NCBI GenBank assembly: GCA_000388065.2
Contig: KB932207.1
Direction: 5' to 3' (one strand)
Length of the DNA: 34,962 nt
From: Fonticula alba ATCC 38817
Taxonomy: Eukaryota; Protista; Nucleariida
Made by a program: the position numbers and the translations under genes. Below are positions 12,243-22,816 of this stretch, piece after piece. Within the stretch, counting starts at the first letter, position 1. The number at the start of each line of letters is the position of its first letter. The notes under the pieces were generated by a model that did no database searches, was not told the origin of the DNA, and worked only from the letters and a program-made list of their open reading frames with translations.

Positions 12243-12703
12243 NNNNNNNNNNNNNNNNNNNNNNNNNNNNNNNNNNNNNNNNNNNNNNNNNNNNNNNNNN
12301 NNNNNNNNNNNNNNNNNNNNNNNNNNNNNNNNNNNNNNNNNNNNNNNNNNNNNNNNNNNNNNNNNNNNNNNNNNNNNNNNNNNNNNNNNNNNNNNNNNNN
12401 NNNNNNNNNNNNNNNNNNNNNNNNNNNNNNNNNNNNNNNNNNNNNNNNNNNNNNNNNNNNNNNNNNNNNNNNNNNNNNNNNNNNNNNNNNNNNNNNNNNN
12501 NNNNNNNNNNNNNNNNNNNNNNNNNNNNNNNNNNNNNNNNNNNNNNNNNNNNNNNNNNNNNNNNNNNNNNNNNNNNNNNNNNNNNNNNNNNNNNNNNNNN
12601 NNNNNNNNNNNNNNNNNNNNNNNNNNNNNNNNNNNNNNNNNNNNNNNNNNNNNNNNNNNNNNNNNNNNNNNNNNNNNNNNNNNNNNNNNNNNNNNNNNNN
12701 NNN
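12243..12703. other. Assembly gap (461 N) between UBA2 and the TOPORS-like gene
   Basis: Run of N flanked on both sides by C homopolymers. Confidence 0.99.
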
Positions 12704-12780
12704 CCCCCCCCGGCGTTGCGTGTCTGCCCCTCCATCTTGTTGTTCTATTCGAGAGCGTCTGTCTGCCCCTGGCCCGCCCC

Positions 12781-13887
12781 ATGGGCAGCCCGCGCCTGAG
12801 CCCGACCCGCCAAGATGGCCCATCGTCGAACGCGGCAGATCGCGCCATGGCGTCGGCGGACTCCTGCCCCATCTGCCTCGCGGCGTCCATCCCCGAATGG
12901 CGACTATGCCGAGCCCTCCCCTGTAAACGTGCGTGTGTCTCCTGCTCAGTTGACAAGGCTGGAGTCCGTCCCACTCACCCCCCCCCCCCCTCATCCCGGC
13001 TGTCTGCTCACGCGCCCCGGCCGCGGTATGTCGTGGTATCAGACGAATTTTGCGTCCTCTGTCTGGCCCGGTGGGCGACATCCAGCGCGCTGCGCCTCGG
13101 TCGGCCGGCTACCTGCCCCCTGTGTGTGGTTCCCCTGCAGGGGGGCTTGGTGTCGGCCTACTGGGAGGACACGATTTCCAGCATGCAGGCCGACTCACCT
13201 GCCGGTTGGGCGGAGCTCCTGATGTCGATTATGCCGATGGATGGCCGGCCACCGCGAGGCTTCGTCTCCGGCCGCCATGGCACCGTGCAGGTACGGGGGC
13301 CCTTGACTCCGCCCCATGTTGCCAGCCACCGATGTTCCCACTTCTCACGGTCAAACCTCCCTTGGCCTCTTTGGACCTGGGTGCAGATTTCCTTTGCCGC
13401 TCGGCCCGCGACCGCGCCTGCGCCGGTGCCCGGGCCCGGGCCGGGCCGTCAGGTCCGCGCCTCGGACCCTGGGGATGAAGAGTTGGATGATGACCTGGCT
13501 TGGCTATCGATATCAGCCTCGTCCGAGGAGGCGTCTGCTTTCTCGGCCCGAGCCCTGGCCTTCCGGCGGTGCGTCATCCCGCTCGCTCGAACGTGTTTCT
13601 TCCTCCCCCCGCCCTCCCCATGGCTGTACATTGACCCCCTTCGCCTCCTTTTTATGTCCGCCGCCTCCGGCGCCTTGTCCCTTTCCTGGCCGGTGTCCTG
13701 TCTGCCGAAAGGCGCATCTATGAGGAGTGCCTCCGTCCGCTCCATGTGCCGCATCATGCCCGGAATCGCTTCCGGACCCTGAGTGCGTTCCCATGCTTTG
13801 CCACTGTTGCCTGCTTCCTTTTCCAACCCTCACCACGCGCGAATCCGCGGCGCCTTCTCCTGTCCGCCCTCCGTCCCGTCGCCGCAT

Positions 13888-13949
<62 letters not shown>

Positions 13950-14904
13950 AAACGCATACTCACACGTAAAAACGCATACACGTAGCCGCCCAGCAGCTGC
14001 AGGGGTCCACGGCACTGGCCACCATGCGACGCCTTCGCCCTTGGATCGAGCGCGACCTGCTGGCCAGCCTGCCGTTTCCCTTTCCCCCGGCAAGCCGGCT
14101 TCCCGATCCGCCGGGCTCACTGCCAGCCCCTTCGGATCGGCGCATTTGCTATGCCCCGGTGTTGGCCTATGTGACCTTCGACTCGCCCGGCGGCCGGCCC
14201 CACCGAGCGGATCACTTTGCGCGAATTGGCCCGGAGAGCGTGGTTGGGCGCATTTCGCGCGCCCGGCGTAGCCTAATTGTCCACACCCGCAGCGTGGTGG
14301 AGTCCCTCATTTTGGCCGGCGGCGGGGTGGACATCGAGGCCATGGCCGACGCCCTGGTGCCCTTCTTCATTCGTGACCAGCCGGCCCCCGGGGATGGGGC
14401 GCCGCTGCCGGGGGGCATATCAGCCCGGAATTGCGTGCGCTCGTGCGTGCCGAGCGGGCAGCCGCCCTCCAGGCCGCCCGCGACACGGCGCACCGTTTCT
14501 CCTGGGAGCTTGCCCGCTTCGCCGAGGCGGCCAGCTGGTCCCTCAGCGCCTATGATCGCCACGGGCCGGGCTACATCATGGCCGTCAGTGGCCACGCTTC
14601 GGAGGGCCCTCGGCCGGGGGCCCCGGCTCCGGAGGGCACCGAGTACTCGCATGCCAACGGCCATGCCTGGCTCCTGGCCACCGGGATGTATGCCGCGCGG
14701 GTGCCGCACATGCTGCTGGCCGATCTCGACCCGATGGGCGGCCGGTCGGAGGGGCGGTCATTTGCTCGGCACCGGGCGGGATCGGGCTCTCGGTCCCGGG
14801 GCCGCCGGCGATCGCGCTCCCGGTCCCGGTCCCGGTCCCGGTCCCGGTCGCGATCGGGCTCTCGCCGGCGGTCGCAGCGCCATCGAATGCGCGTTCACAA
14901 ATAG
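12781..14904 (+). CDS. TOPORS: TOPORS/Psh1-like C3HC4 RING E3 ligase with Arg/Ser-rich C-terminus (spliced; one frame discontinuity near 14377-14472)
   Basis: Exons 12781-12928, 13043-13290, 13387-13568, 13712-13782 and 13986-14904. The spliced RING reads CPIC..ALPCKHEFCVLCLARW..TCPLC. Downstream blocks AFRRRIYEECL..RFRTLTAQQLQGSTALATMRRLRPWIERDL, ALVPFF and AHRFSWELARFAEAASWSLSAYDRH parallel the TOPORS blocks I recall (FRRTLY, HRLVPWLKREL, LRPFL, EHFIHEFISFARSPFNMAAFDQH). The protein ends in RSRSRSRSRS. Confidence 0.8.
13890..13947 (+). repeat. (AC)n microsatellite, ~29 units, in TOPORS intron 13783-13985
   Basis: Directly visible perfect dinucleotide run. Confidence 0.95.
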
Positions 14905-15114
14905 ACAAGCCACTCCGTTCTTTCCCCCTTCCCATCCATTCACCTGAGCGGAGGCGCCTTCCAAATGGGCACCGTGCCGGCCACGGAAAGCAGCAGCGGC
15001 AGCAGCAGCGGCAGCAGCAGCAACGGTGGCAACAGACATAGCGGCGTGGGATTGTTCAACAACGTCTATTCCGGACACGCGTGCGGCGATAGGCGCGCCG
15101 GCGGAGATGGCCCC

Positions 15115-18100
15115 TCAGGGCAGGGCCTCGGATGGAGGCGCGAGGCCTGCCTCACTCATCAGGCGCAACACCCGCTGGACGTCGGGATCCGTTTCATCCA
15201 GCTCAGGTGGCGGACTCGTCCCCGGCCCGAAGGACGCGGCGAAGGTCTCCATCAGTGCCCGAGGCGCATGGGCTAGGCCCAGCGAATCGTCCAAGCCCAG
15301 CTGTTCCAAAGTCTCAGCCGGCTGGAAGCTGGCCATGGCCATCTCAATGGCCCGGCACCAGCGCTCCCGTTCAAGTTCCGACTCGGCCGAGAAGAGATAC
15401 CCAAACTGGGCATCGGCCGCCCAGTCCGAGCTGGCCGTCGGCCGGCCGGCCGCCGACAGGGTGGCCAGCAGCGAGGGCGAAGTGGGCGGCGGAGTCCCAG
15501 CCGCGGGCGATCCCGCACCGAAGGACCCACCGAGCCCGGGGCTGCTGGACGGGGCATTGCTGGAGAAGAGACGCGACCAGGACCGCGGAGCCGGGATGTC
15601 CGTGGCCCCGGCAACCTTGGCGGCCGGCTCGGCCGGGGGAGGCGCCGCCCCGGCACTCGAGTCCATGATCAGCCCCTGGGGCGTGAAGTTCGGGCAGCGA
15701 ATGGTGAAGCGCTCCGGCCGGCCACCTGGCTGCTGGCGTTCCACCAAGAACCCCGGGCCCAGGATGAGCAGCCCGCGCGGCGGCGAGTCGGCCGCGCAGT
15801 CCGAATTGAAGTATAACAGGCACCGGCCAACCAGGACCACCAGGCGTCGGCGCCAAAGGCGCGTGTGGCGCGTTTGCTTTCGGAGGATGCTACGTGCCCG
15901 TGCCTGCGGGTGGGACAGCATGGTCAGCAGATTGAGATTCGACACGCCGAGGAGCTTTCGCGCCACCTCCTGCGGGGGGATGCTCCGTTCCAGGACAACG
16001 ACCAGCGACAGCAGTCGGGACACATGGGCCTCGTGCTGCTGCCGGTACGCCCGGGCGAAGCCCCCAAGCAGCCGGCCGAAGTCCAGCGCGGCTGTCACAC
16101 AAGGCCACCCGGTGGAGTGCGGTCAGTATAAGTGCCTCGGGGAACGGGGAAGCGGGGGGACCAAAGACGAGGCGGGCGCCAGGGAGGGAGGGGACGGGGG
16201 GAGGGGGGGGGGAGGCGGGGCCGAAGGCAGGACATTGGAGGAGATAAGGGGAGGGCCGAGGACGCACAAAGCTTGCCGGCCAACGCAGGCCAAAGGGCCG
16301 AAAGTGGCTCGAGCAGGCGCCGAAGTTCCTCATTGAGCAGGGTGTCCTGTGAGGAGGTCTCGATGCCGGAGTCCACGAAGACTGCCGGGCCGGGCAAATG
16401 GCAAGGTCAGTGTCGGTGACAGGAAAAGTGCAGAGCGTCCACACGCACGTGCGCGCGCGCACGTGTGTGCGTGTGTGCGTGTGTATGCGCGGGGCGGGGA
16501 AAGGAAGGGGAGATGTCGCACTTGGCGAGCGCAGCGCAGCAGCAACGGCATCCCCGTCGCTCTGGGCATGCAGGCTTTGCGGCAGCATGGCCGCCCCGCT
16601 GACCTGGTCCGCCGCCGGGGTGGCTGACGACAGGCGCAGCATGTCCCACGAACGATCGGTGTCGTCGGGGAAGGTGGAGTATGTACTTAGGTGGCTGGTC
16701 ACGGAACAAATGGAAGACACCTCGGAAAGATCGGAGTGGCTGTCCGGATCGAGATGCCCATCAGCGGCATCCTCTCCGGTATTCATGGGCCGCTCCTCCC
16801 GCGAAAGGGGGTCCTCCAATTCCGAGATCCGGACAGGCTCGGGCAGGGGTTCGGACTCGGGCTCAGGCTCAGGCTCGGGCGATGGGCAAGGGGTGCTGTC
16901 TGCCTCTGGGGCGGGCTCATCCGGCGGAGTGGGGCTGCCTGCCGGAACCGCCGCCGCCGCCGCCGCCGCCGCAGCCGCCAGCGTCTTGGTGAGCAAAGAG
17001 ACCGGCTCCGAGGTGCCGGCCGGTGGAGGGGTCTCCACAGCAGTGGGCAGGTCCTCCTCAAGCAGGAGGGGGCCCGGGCCCAGAGGCAACTTCTCCAGCA
17101 GCGGAGCCTGAGCAGCAAGCAGAGCGCAGCGTGTCCGTGCCATCTGGGCCAGGGCCATGCCAAGGGCCGCGTCCCGGGCGCCCAGCTCACCGGCAAGACG
17201 CTTGATCTCCAAGTTGGCAGCCTCAGCCTCCAGGGTGGCCGCCTCGGCGGCCTGAGCCGCCTCCTCGGCCAGGACGATGGCCTCGCCAAGGTCCTGCTGT
17301 GCCTGGCTCAGGGCGGCCGCCTGCAGGAGGAAGTGCTCGCGCAGGGTGGCCTGCTCGGACTGGATGCGCGCGTGGAGCTCCCTCAGGCGCTCCGACTCGA
17401 GGGCGTCGCGACCGGCCGTGGCCGCCAGCGCGCCATACTGCATCAGCAGCCGGTCCATGGAGGCACGGATGTCCTCGCAGTAGGGGCATTCCGTCTGCCG
17501 GGCGGGGCGTCCCAAGTGGCCAGAAAAAGCCGGAGGACAGGTGTCAGCTGGCGCGACGGGCCCGGTGCCTTCAGAAAGGACAAAGGGGAGGAGGGGGGGG
17601 GGGGGAGGAGGCGAGGCGAGGCGCAGAGAGGGGACATACCAGGGGGACCTCCTCGCCGATGTCCAGCAGCTCGGCCGGGCCGTCGGCTTCCAGGAAGTCA
17701 AATGCATCGAAGTCATGCCCCCGGCCGGGTTCGCTCTCATCCGACAAGGGGGGCGATGAGGCCGAGGAGGATGAGCCGGTGGACGAGAGGGCATGCTCCA
17801 GGAGGGACTCCGTGACCAGGAGGTCGGCCCCGACCCCGACGGGCAAAGTATCTTCCAGGTCGTCGAGATTATCCTGCAGAACCACCTGGAAGTAGTCTGC
17901 TGCGGCCGGTGTCAGCGAGAGGTGAGGCGGCAGGCGAAGGAAGCAAGGGCACGGGCAGGGATGAGGGCCGGCAGCGGGACCGGAACACCAACGGCGGACT
18001 CCCTAGACACACCTTCCATGTCGTCTTCCGGGTCGCACAGCAGCGAGCCGAGCGACCGGACCGCAGTCAACTCGGACCACCCGGCGAAGCGGTCCATGTC

Positions 18101-18943
18101 GAAAGTGGGCCACGTCCGGTCCGACAGGCGGATCTTGCGGGCCGAGTTGTCCGACCCCAGGACCCACAGCAGCTGCGAGCCCACGAAGCACACCCCGAGC
18201 GCCCGCCACCGGGCCCCGGGTGGCAAATCCACCAGGTGATCCCGCATCAGGCCCGGGGCTTGGAGACTGCCGGCCGGGGCGAAATCCCCCGGGGTCCGGT
18301 GCGCCGACCACACCCGGATGGTCCGGTCCTGCGGGCCGATGGAGTACACCGAGTCCGAGCCGGGCCGGTGGTGGAGGCCGCCCACGCGGCCCACATGGCC
18401 GCGCAGAACCGCCAAAACAGACAGCGTCTGCAGCGATGGCGCCAGGTGAGCACGGGCCGGCTGGGCAGGGCCAACAAAGGGCACGAAGCCCGGGCAGGGA
18501 GGGAGCCGGGCGGGAGGAAGCACGCACCTTGACATCGAGGATGACGATGGATCCGGAGGACAGACCGGCCCAGATGGTTCCGAGTGTGGAAGCCGCAGGG
18601 CCGGCGGGCTGTGTGTCAGCCTCGGCCCCGGGCCCAGTGTCAAGATCCGAGGGCTTGACCGCCGGCACGTAGCACAGCGAGTGAACCGCACAGCGTAGCG
18701 GGATGGACACGGTCAGCGATCGCGAGTGCGTTGGCTCCAGCATGAAGGAGGCATCCGATCCGAGGGAGGGGGCCGGGTCGGCTGATGACCCCTTCACCAG
18801 GGCCACCGGCGTGACGGAGGACAAGGAGGGCAGCCACACGCGGATGGTTCCGTCATCGCTGGTTGCAGGGACCGGGTGCGGGTGAAAGGGTTAGCATGGG
18901 CGAGCCGCATGGGGCGCGTCGGGAGGAACTCCCCCGCCAGGGG

Positions 18944-18975
<32 letters not shown>

Positions 18976-20949
18976 GCAAGCGAACCTGCCACTCCAGCAA
19001 GACCCATTGGATTGAGCCACCGCCACGCAGCGAACCCAGCTCCGGTGGCCGGCCAGGGCGCGCAGGGGCCGGGGCGGCGGCCGGGTGGCCGGGGCCGTCC
19101 GTCGGGCTCCACCCATCACGGGGGAGGAGAGCCCCGAGGAAGAGGCGGACGAGGCGCCGGAGGCGGAGCGCGAGGGCGTGGAAGGGGGCCCGGAGTCCGG
19201 GCCATCGAGCGCAGTCGGCGGCGAGGATGCCAACAACAGCAGCAAGGGGTCCCCGCCATGGTCGCCATCAGCTCCAGGCCCGTCGTCAGGATCCTCCGGA
19301 CCGAGGCCGAGCACGGTGTTCGGGCACCAGGCGCGCGTGGTGAAGTCCACCGACACTGGGGGGGGNNNNNNNNNNGGGGGGGGGGGGGGGGGGGGGGGGG
19401 AGCCCAAGCCAGGGACCGCACGCACCGGTCCAGATGCAGCCCGGTCCACCGGGGCGCAGGTCCTCCGAGTAGGCCATTTGCAGAACGGCCCCGGCGTGAG
19501 CCTTGAAGGTGGCCAGACAGACATAGGTCTGGCAGGCGGGGGACAAGCGTGTCAGCAGATCGTCCCGGAGGGGGAGGGGCCAAAAGAGGCCCACCAACGG
19601 CAAACAAGCAAGCGGCCTTCCCCGCTGGCAGGGTGTCGATGGGGCACATACGGATGGGTGCCACACGCGAATACGGCCGTCCAAACTCCCGGTCCACACG
19701 AAGCCGGCAATCGGGGGATACCGGCCGGCCGACGGGCGGCTCGGCCCCCGTCGCGGCGTCCCGGGGCCCCCATCCACCTCGGCCTGGGGCACCAGCGAGG
19801 CGACGGACGAGCCGAACTCATCGGCCGGCTCCATGATGTCCGTCGCATTGACCGAGCGATCGGCCGGCACCCACAGGAAGCAGGCGACATCGAGGCGCTC
19901 GCCGGCCGGGTCGATCAGCCGCCGCTCGAGAGTGCCATCCTGCGCGAGTGCGCGCGCACGAGAGAGAGAGAGACAGGGAGAAGGGGGGCACGATGGGAGG
20001 CAGGGCAAGGACGGAGGAAGGCGGCGAGGAAAAGAGAAAGACAGAGGAGGGGAGCACAGCAAGACGGCAGCCCGAGTCAGTAATCCCCGGGAGCAGGGGC
20101 GGAAAGGGCCGCGAGGGTGGGCCCCGGGCCCCGGGCCCCGGGATACGGTGGCCAGGTGACGGGAAGGCGCACCTTGGCACTGAGGATCTCGATGGATCGG
20201 CCACAGCGAGACGCCGTCCAGACGGCTTGAGCATCGCCCCCGGCGGCGCTCGGCATGCGGAAGCTCAGCGCGCAGCGGCCCGGGCGGGCCGTCTTGCGCG
20301 GGACCACCCCCAGGTACTTCGGGCCGAAGGGCCACGCCGAGTCGCCGGCCGGGCCGCGGCCCACTTGCGCTGCGGGATTCATGCTGGCGGGATCTCGCTG
20401 CCCCCGGGCCGCCAGCGACAGGCGGCTCAGCTCCGAGGGGGGCCTTCGTGAGGCCCGCAGGGAGGAGGCAGGGCTGGCAGGGACCCCGGCCCCGGCCCCG
20501 GCCCCGGCCCCGGCGCTGGTGATGGCTGCCCCGGGGCGAGCGGGGGTCGGCGCCCGCCGGGAGGCCTCGGCGTGAGTGGGCCGACGCGGGGTCAGGGGGG
20601 CTGCCGAGCCAACAGCACTGACGGTGGCCGATGATGCCGCGGCGCCGACCGCAGGGCCGGGCGCCATGGTGGGAAGCGGCTCGGCCAATGAGGCCAATCG
20701 GTCGGTGGAGGGCTCCGGGGCCGTCGGCGATGCCGGGGACGCCGGGGCCAGGGGGTCGACGCGTGTCGGCAGCGGGAGGCCGGTCGGCAGGTCCGGGCCG
20801 AGGCCCACCGCCAGGGACACCAGGTCCTTCAGCGGCCAAGCCGGGGCGAGGGGGCTGAAGTCGCTTGATCGCACCGGGATCCGACTGTCACCCACGGAGG
20901 GGGGAGGCTCATCGTCGCCGACGGGCAGCGAGCCCGATGGGGCACTCAT
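15115..20949 (-). CDS. Large multi-exon protein: low-complexity N-terminus, WD40-type beta-propeller, acidic linker, coiled coil, C-terminal split PH domain
   Basis: ATG at 20949 (MSAPSGSL). WD-like blades: VWTGSLDGRIRVWHP, FKAHAGAVLQM, LAGHRSWVRCVAV..WSG, DDGTIRVW, IWAGLSSGSIVILD, LRGHVGRVGGL..DRTIRVW. Heptad-rich segment ~17130-17470. PH signature at 15330-15900: SILRKQTRHTRLWRRRLVVLVGRCLLYF ... YLFSAESELERERWCRAIE. The 3' end is uncertain (TGA at 15115, or a further exon; see findings). Confidence 0.75.
19366..19375. other. Assembly gap (10 N) inside a poly-G run in an intron of the WD40-PH gene
   Basis: N run embedded in a G homopolymer. Confidence 0.99.
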
Positions 20950-21077
20950 GTTGACTGGCGGCGAATGGGCGCGCGCGCGCGCCACAGCAAACCCAAGGTC
21001 GAGGGGGTGGCCAGGGGGAGGGCAAAGGGAGCACCGACCCGGAGAGGAGGATGGAAAGCGAGGGATGGGGGAGGGGC

Positions 21078-21122
21078 GAGGAGGAGGAGGAGGAGGAGGA
21101 GGAGGAGGAGGAGGAGGAGGAG
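21078..21122 (+). repeat. (GAG)n trinucleotide repeat upstream of the WD40-PH gene start
   Basis: About 15 units. It reads (CCT)n on the minus strand and is probably within a 5'-UTR intron ending at the CAG acceptor at 20955. Confidence 0.85.
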
Positions 21123-21856
21123 AGCCGTGGCATGGGGCAGCCGCGCGCGCTTGCGGCGGCCCGGGGCTCCCCCTCTCCCCGAAGAAGCTCGCCCACACGG
21201 TGCCGACGACGCGCATTAGCCGCCGGGCAGGGAGAGACGCCGGGGCCCGGAGGCCCGCCAGCACAGGGCCCCAGGTGCAGGCGGGGAGGCCAGGGCACCC
21301 GCCCGCGGCATGCGCGCGCGCGCGCCGAAAAAAAAAAAAACAACACACACACTCGCGCAGGCACACGCGCAGCACAGTCGGGCCCTACCGAGGAGGCGCC
21401 CAACCGGGGGATCCCGGTGTGCTTTTCCCCGCCCCTCCCCGCCGGAAGTCCGAGCGAGGGCGATGATCGCCCGCCGGCCGGCACAAGCCATGGTGTGTGG
21501 TCCGGGCCGGGCGCCGCCCGGGGGCGGCGCACCAGCTGCCGATGGACCAGTCTCTCCGGAATAGGCAACGCATTGGCCCGGGCATACCGAAAATGGGAAT
21601 CAGGAATGCATGCCAGGGCCCTCGCCGGCGGCGCGCCGACGTCGCCGCAGGCAAGGTTCCGCGCGAGGCACACGCCGAGAAGTGCGGCGCACGCCCGGCC
21701 GAGCGCCAGTGGAGGCGCATGAATCGCCATCACCATTGCGAAGGATGCCCCCGCCGCCGGAGCCTGCTGGTCCAAGTTCAGCCGCCCGTAGGAAGGGATA
21801 CAATCGAAGGGACCCCCATCGGTGCCTGTCTGGCCAGGCTGCCATCCAGGCCCGAC

Positions 21857-21890
21857 CCCGCCCGGCAGCGGCATGCCGCTGCCGGGCGGG
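21857..21890. repeat. Perfect 34-bp palindrome (CCCGCCCGGCAGCGGCATGCCGCTGCCGGGCGGG)
   Basis: All 17 base pairs checked by hand around the centre at 21873/21874. There is no spacer. Confidence 0.95.
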
Positions 21891-22424
21891 CTACCCTCGC
21901 TTGCAGGCCCCACAGTCCGGGCCCGGCGCAGATCCGCAGACAGGCTCCCGTGACGGGAGGCGCCAAATGTGGGACGCCTCCAGCGTCGGCACTTCACGCC
22001 TCCAACGGCCCCACGTGCCCGGCCCTCTGCCCGACACTCCTCGCGTGAGGGAATGCAGTTTAGCCTGGCGGGCCCGTCTGCCGGCCCGGCCGTAACTCAA
22101 AGGAGCGCCCAGTTTACGAGGCAGGGCCCAGCTTTTGGCCGCCCCCGCCCCACCCCCCTGCCCGGGAGCACATCCAGCACGCCGGGACCATGCCAGGGCG
22201 AGGAGGCCTTGCCCGGCACCCGGGCAGGGAAAGCGTGCACGGGAGCCCGGCAACCGTGCCGGCGGGACTCGGCCCGGGGAAGGTCCATGGGCAAGGAAGG
22301 GGCTGGGGGGAGGTCATCAGGGTCTATGGGAATGTATATTGGGGCGCGCGAGGTGCTGTGGTGATGTGCCCACACAGACACACAGACACACACACACAAG
22401 CACACAAGCACACACGCCCGTCGA

Positions 22425-22777
22425 TCAGCCCCTCCGGGATGACCAGGGGTCGCTCTCATCGAAGGGGGAGGATGCCGGTGACGAGGCTGCTGCCGGCGGG
22501 AACAGCGGTTCGTAGTCCGCCGGGGAGGCGGCGCCGGGGCCCGGCGCGGATCGGTCCCCGAAGCCGGGAGTGTGTCTGAAGCTGTAAGTTGAGTACCGGC
22601 GCACGGTATAGTCGTCGGTGCTGCCATTCGGGGACCCGGCGGCAGAGGGCAGGCCCCCGAAGACCCCGACGCCGAACCCCGGTGGCAGATCCAGCTCGCC
22701 GCTGGTCGAGGAGGTGCCCCCGCTGCCCAGGGGGATGGAGTTGCTGGCGCCGTCGATGCCGGTGCTGCTGGAGCCGG

Positions 22778-22816
<39 letters not shown>

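Noticed and set aside
15066-15117. Stop-codon readthrough at the WD40-PH TGA
   Set aside because: The context TGA-GGG is not a known readthrough-promoting context. An in-frame intron or a true stop explains it more simply.
16446-16465. 20-bp palindrome CACGTGCGCGCGCGCACGTG
   Set aside because: Made of alternating purine-pyrimidine microsatellite sequence, which is self-complementary by construction, so it is not significant as an inverted repeat.
21441-22290. GGAAGTCCGAG (~21444) and GGGGAAGGTCC (~22277) resembling the RNase P/MRP CR-I motif
   Set aside because: The spacing does not fit the consensus and I found no matching CR-V/P4 partner strand. An Infernal scan would be needed.
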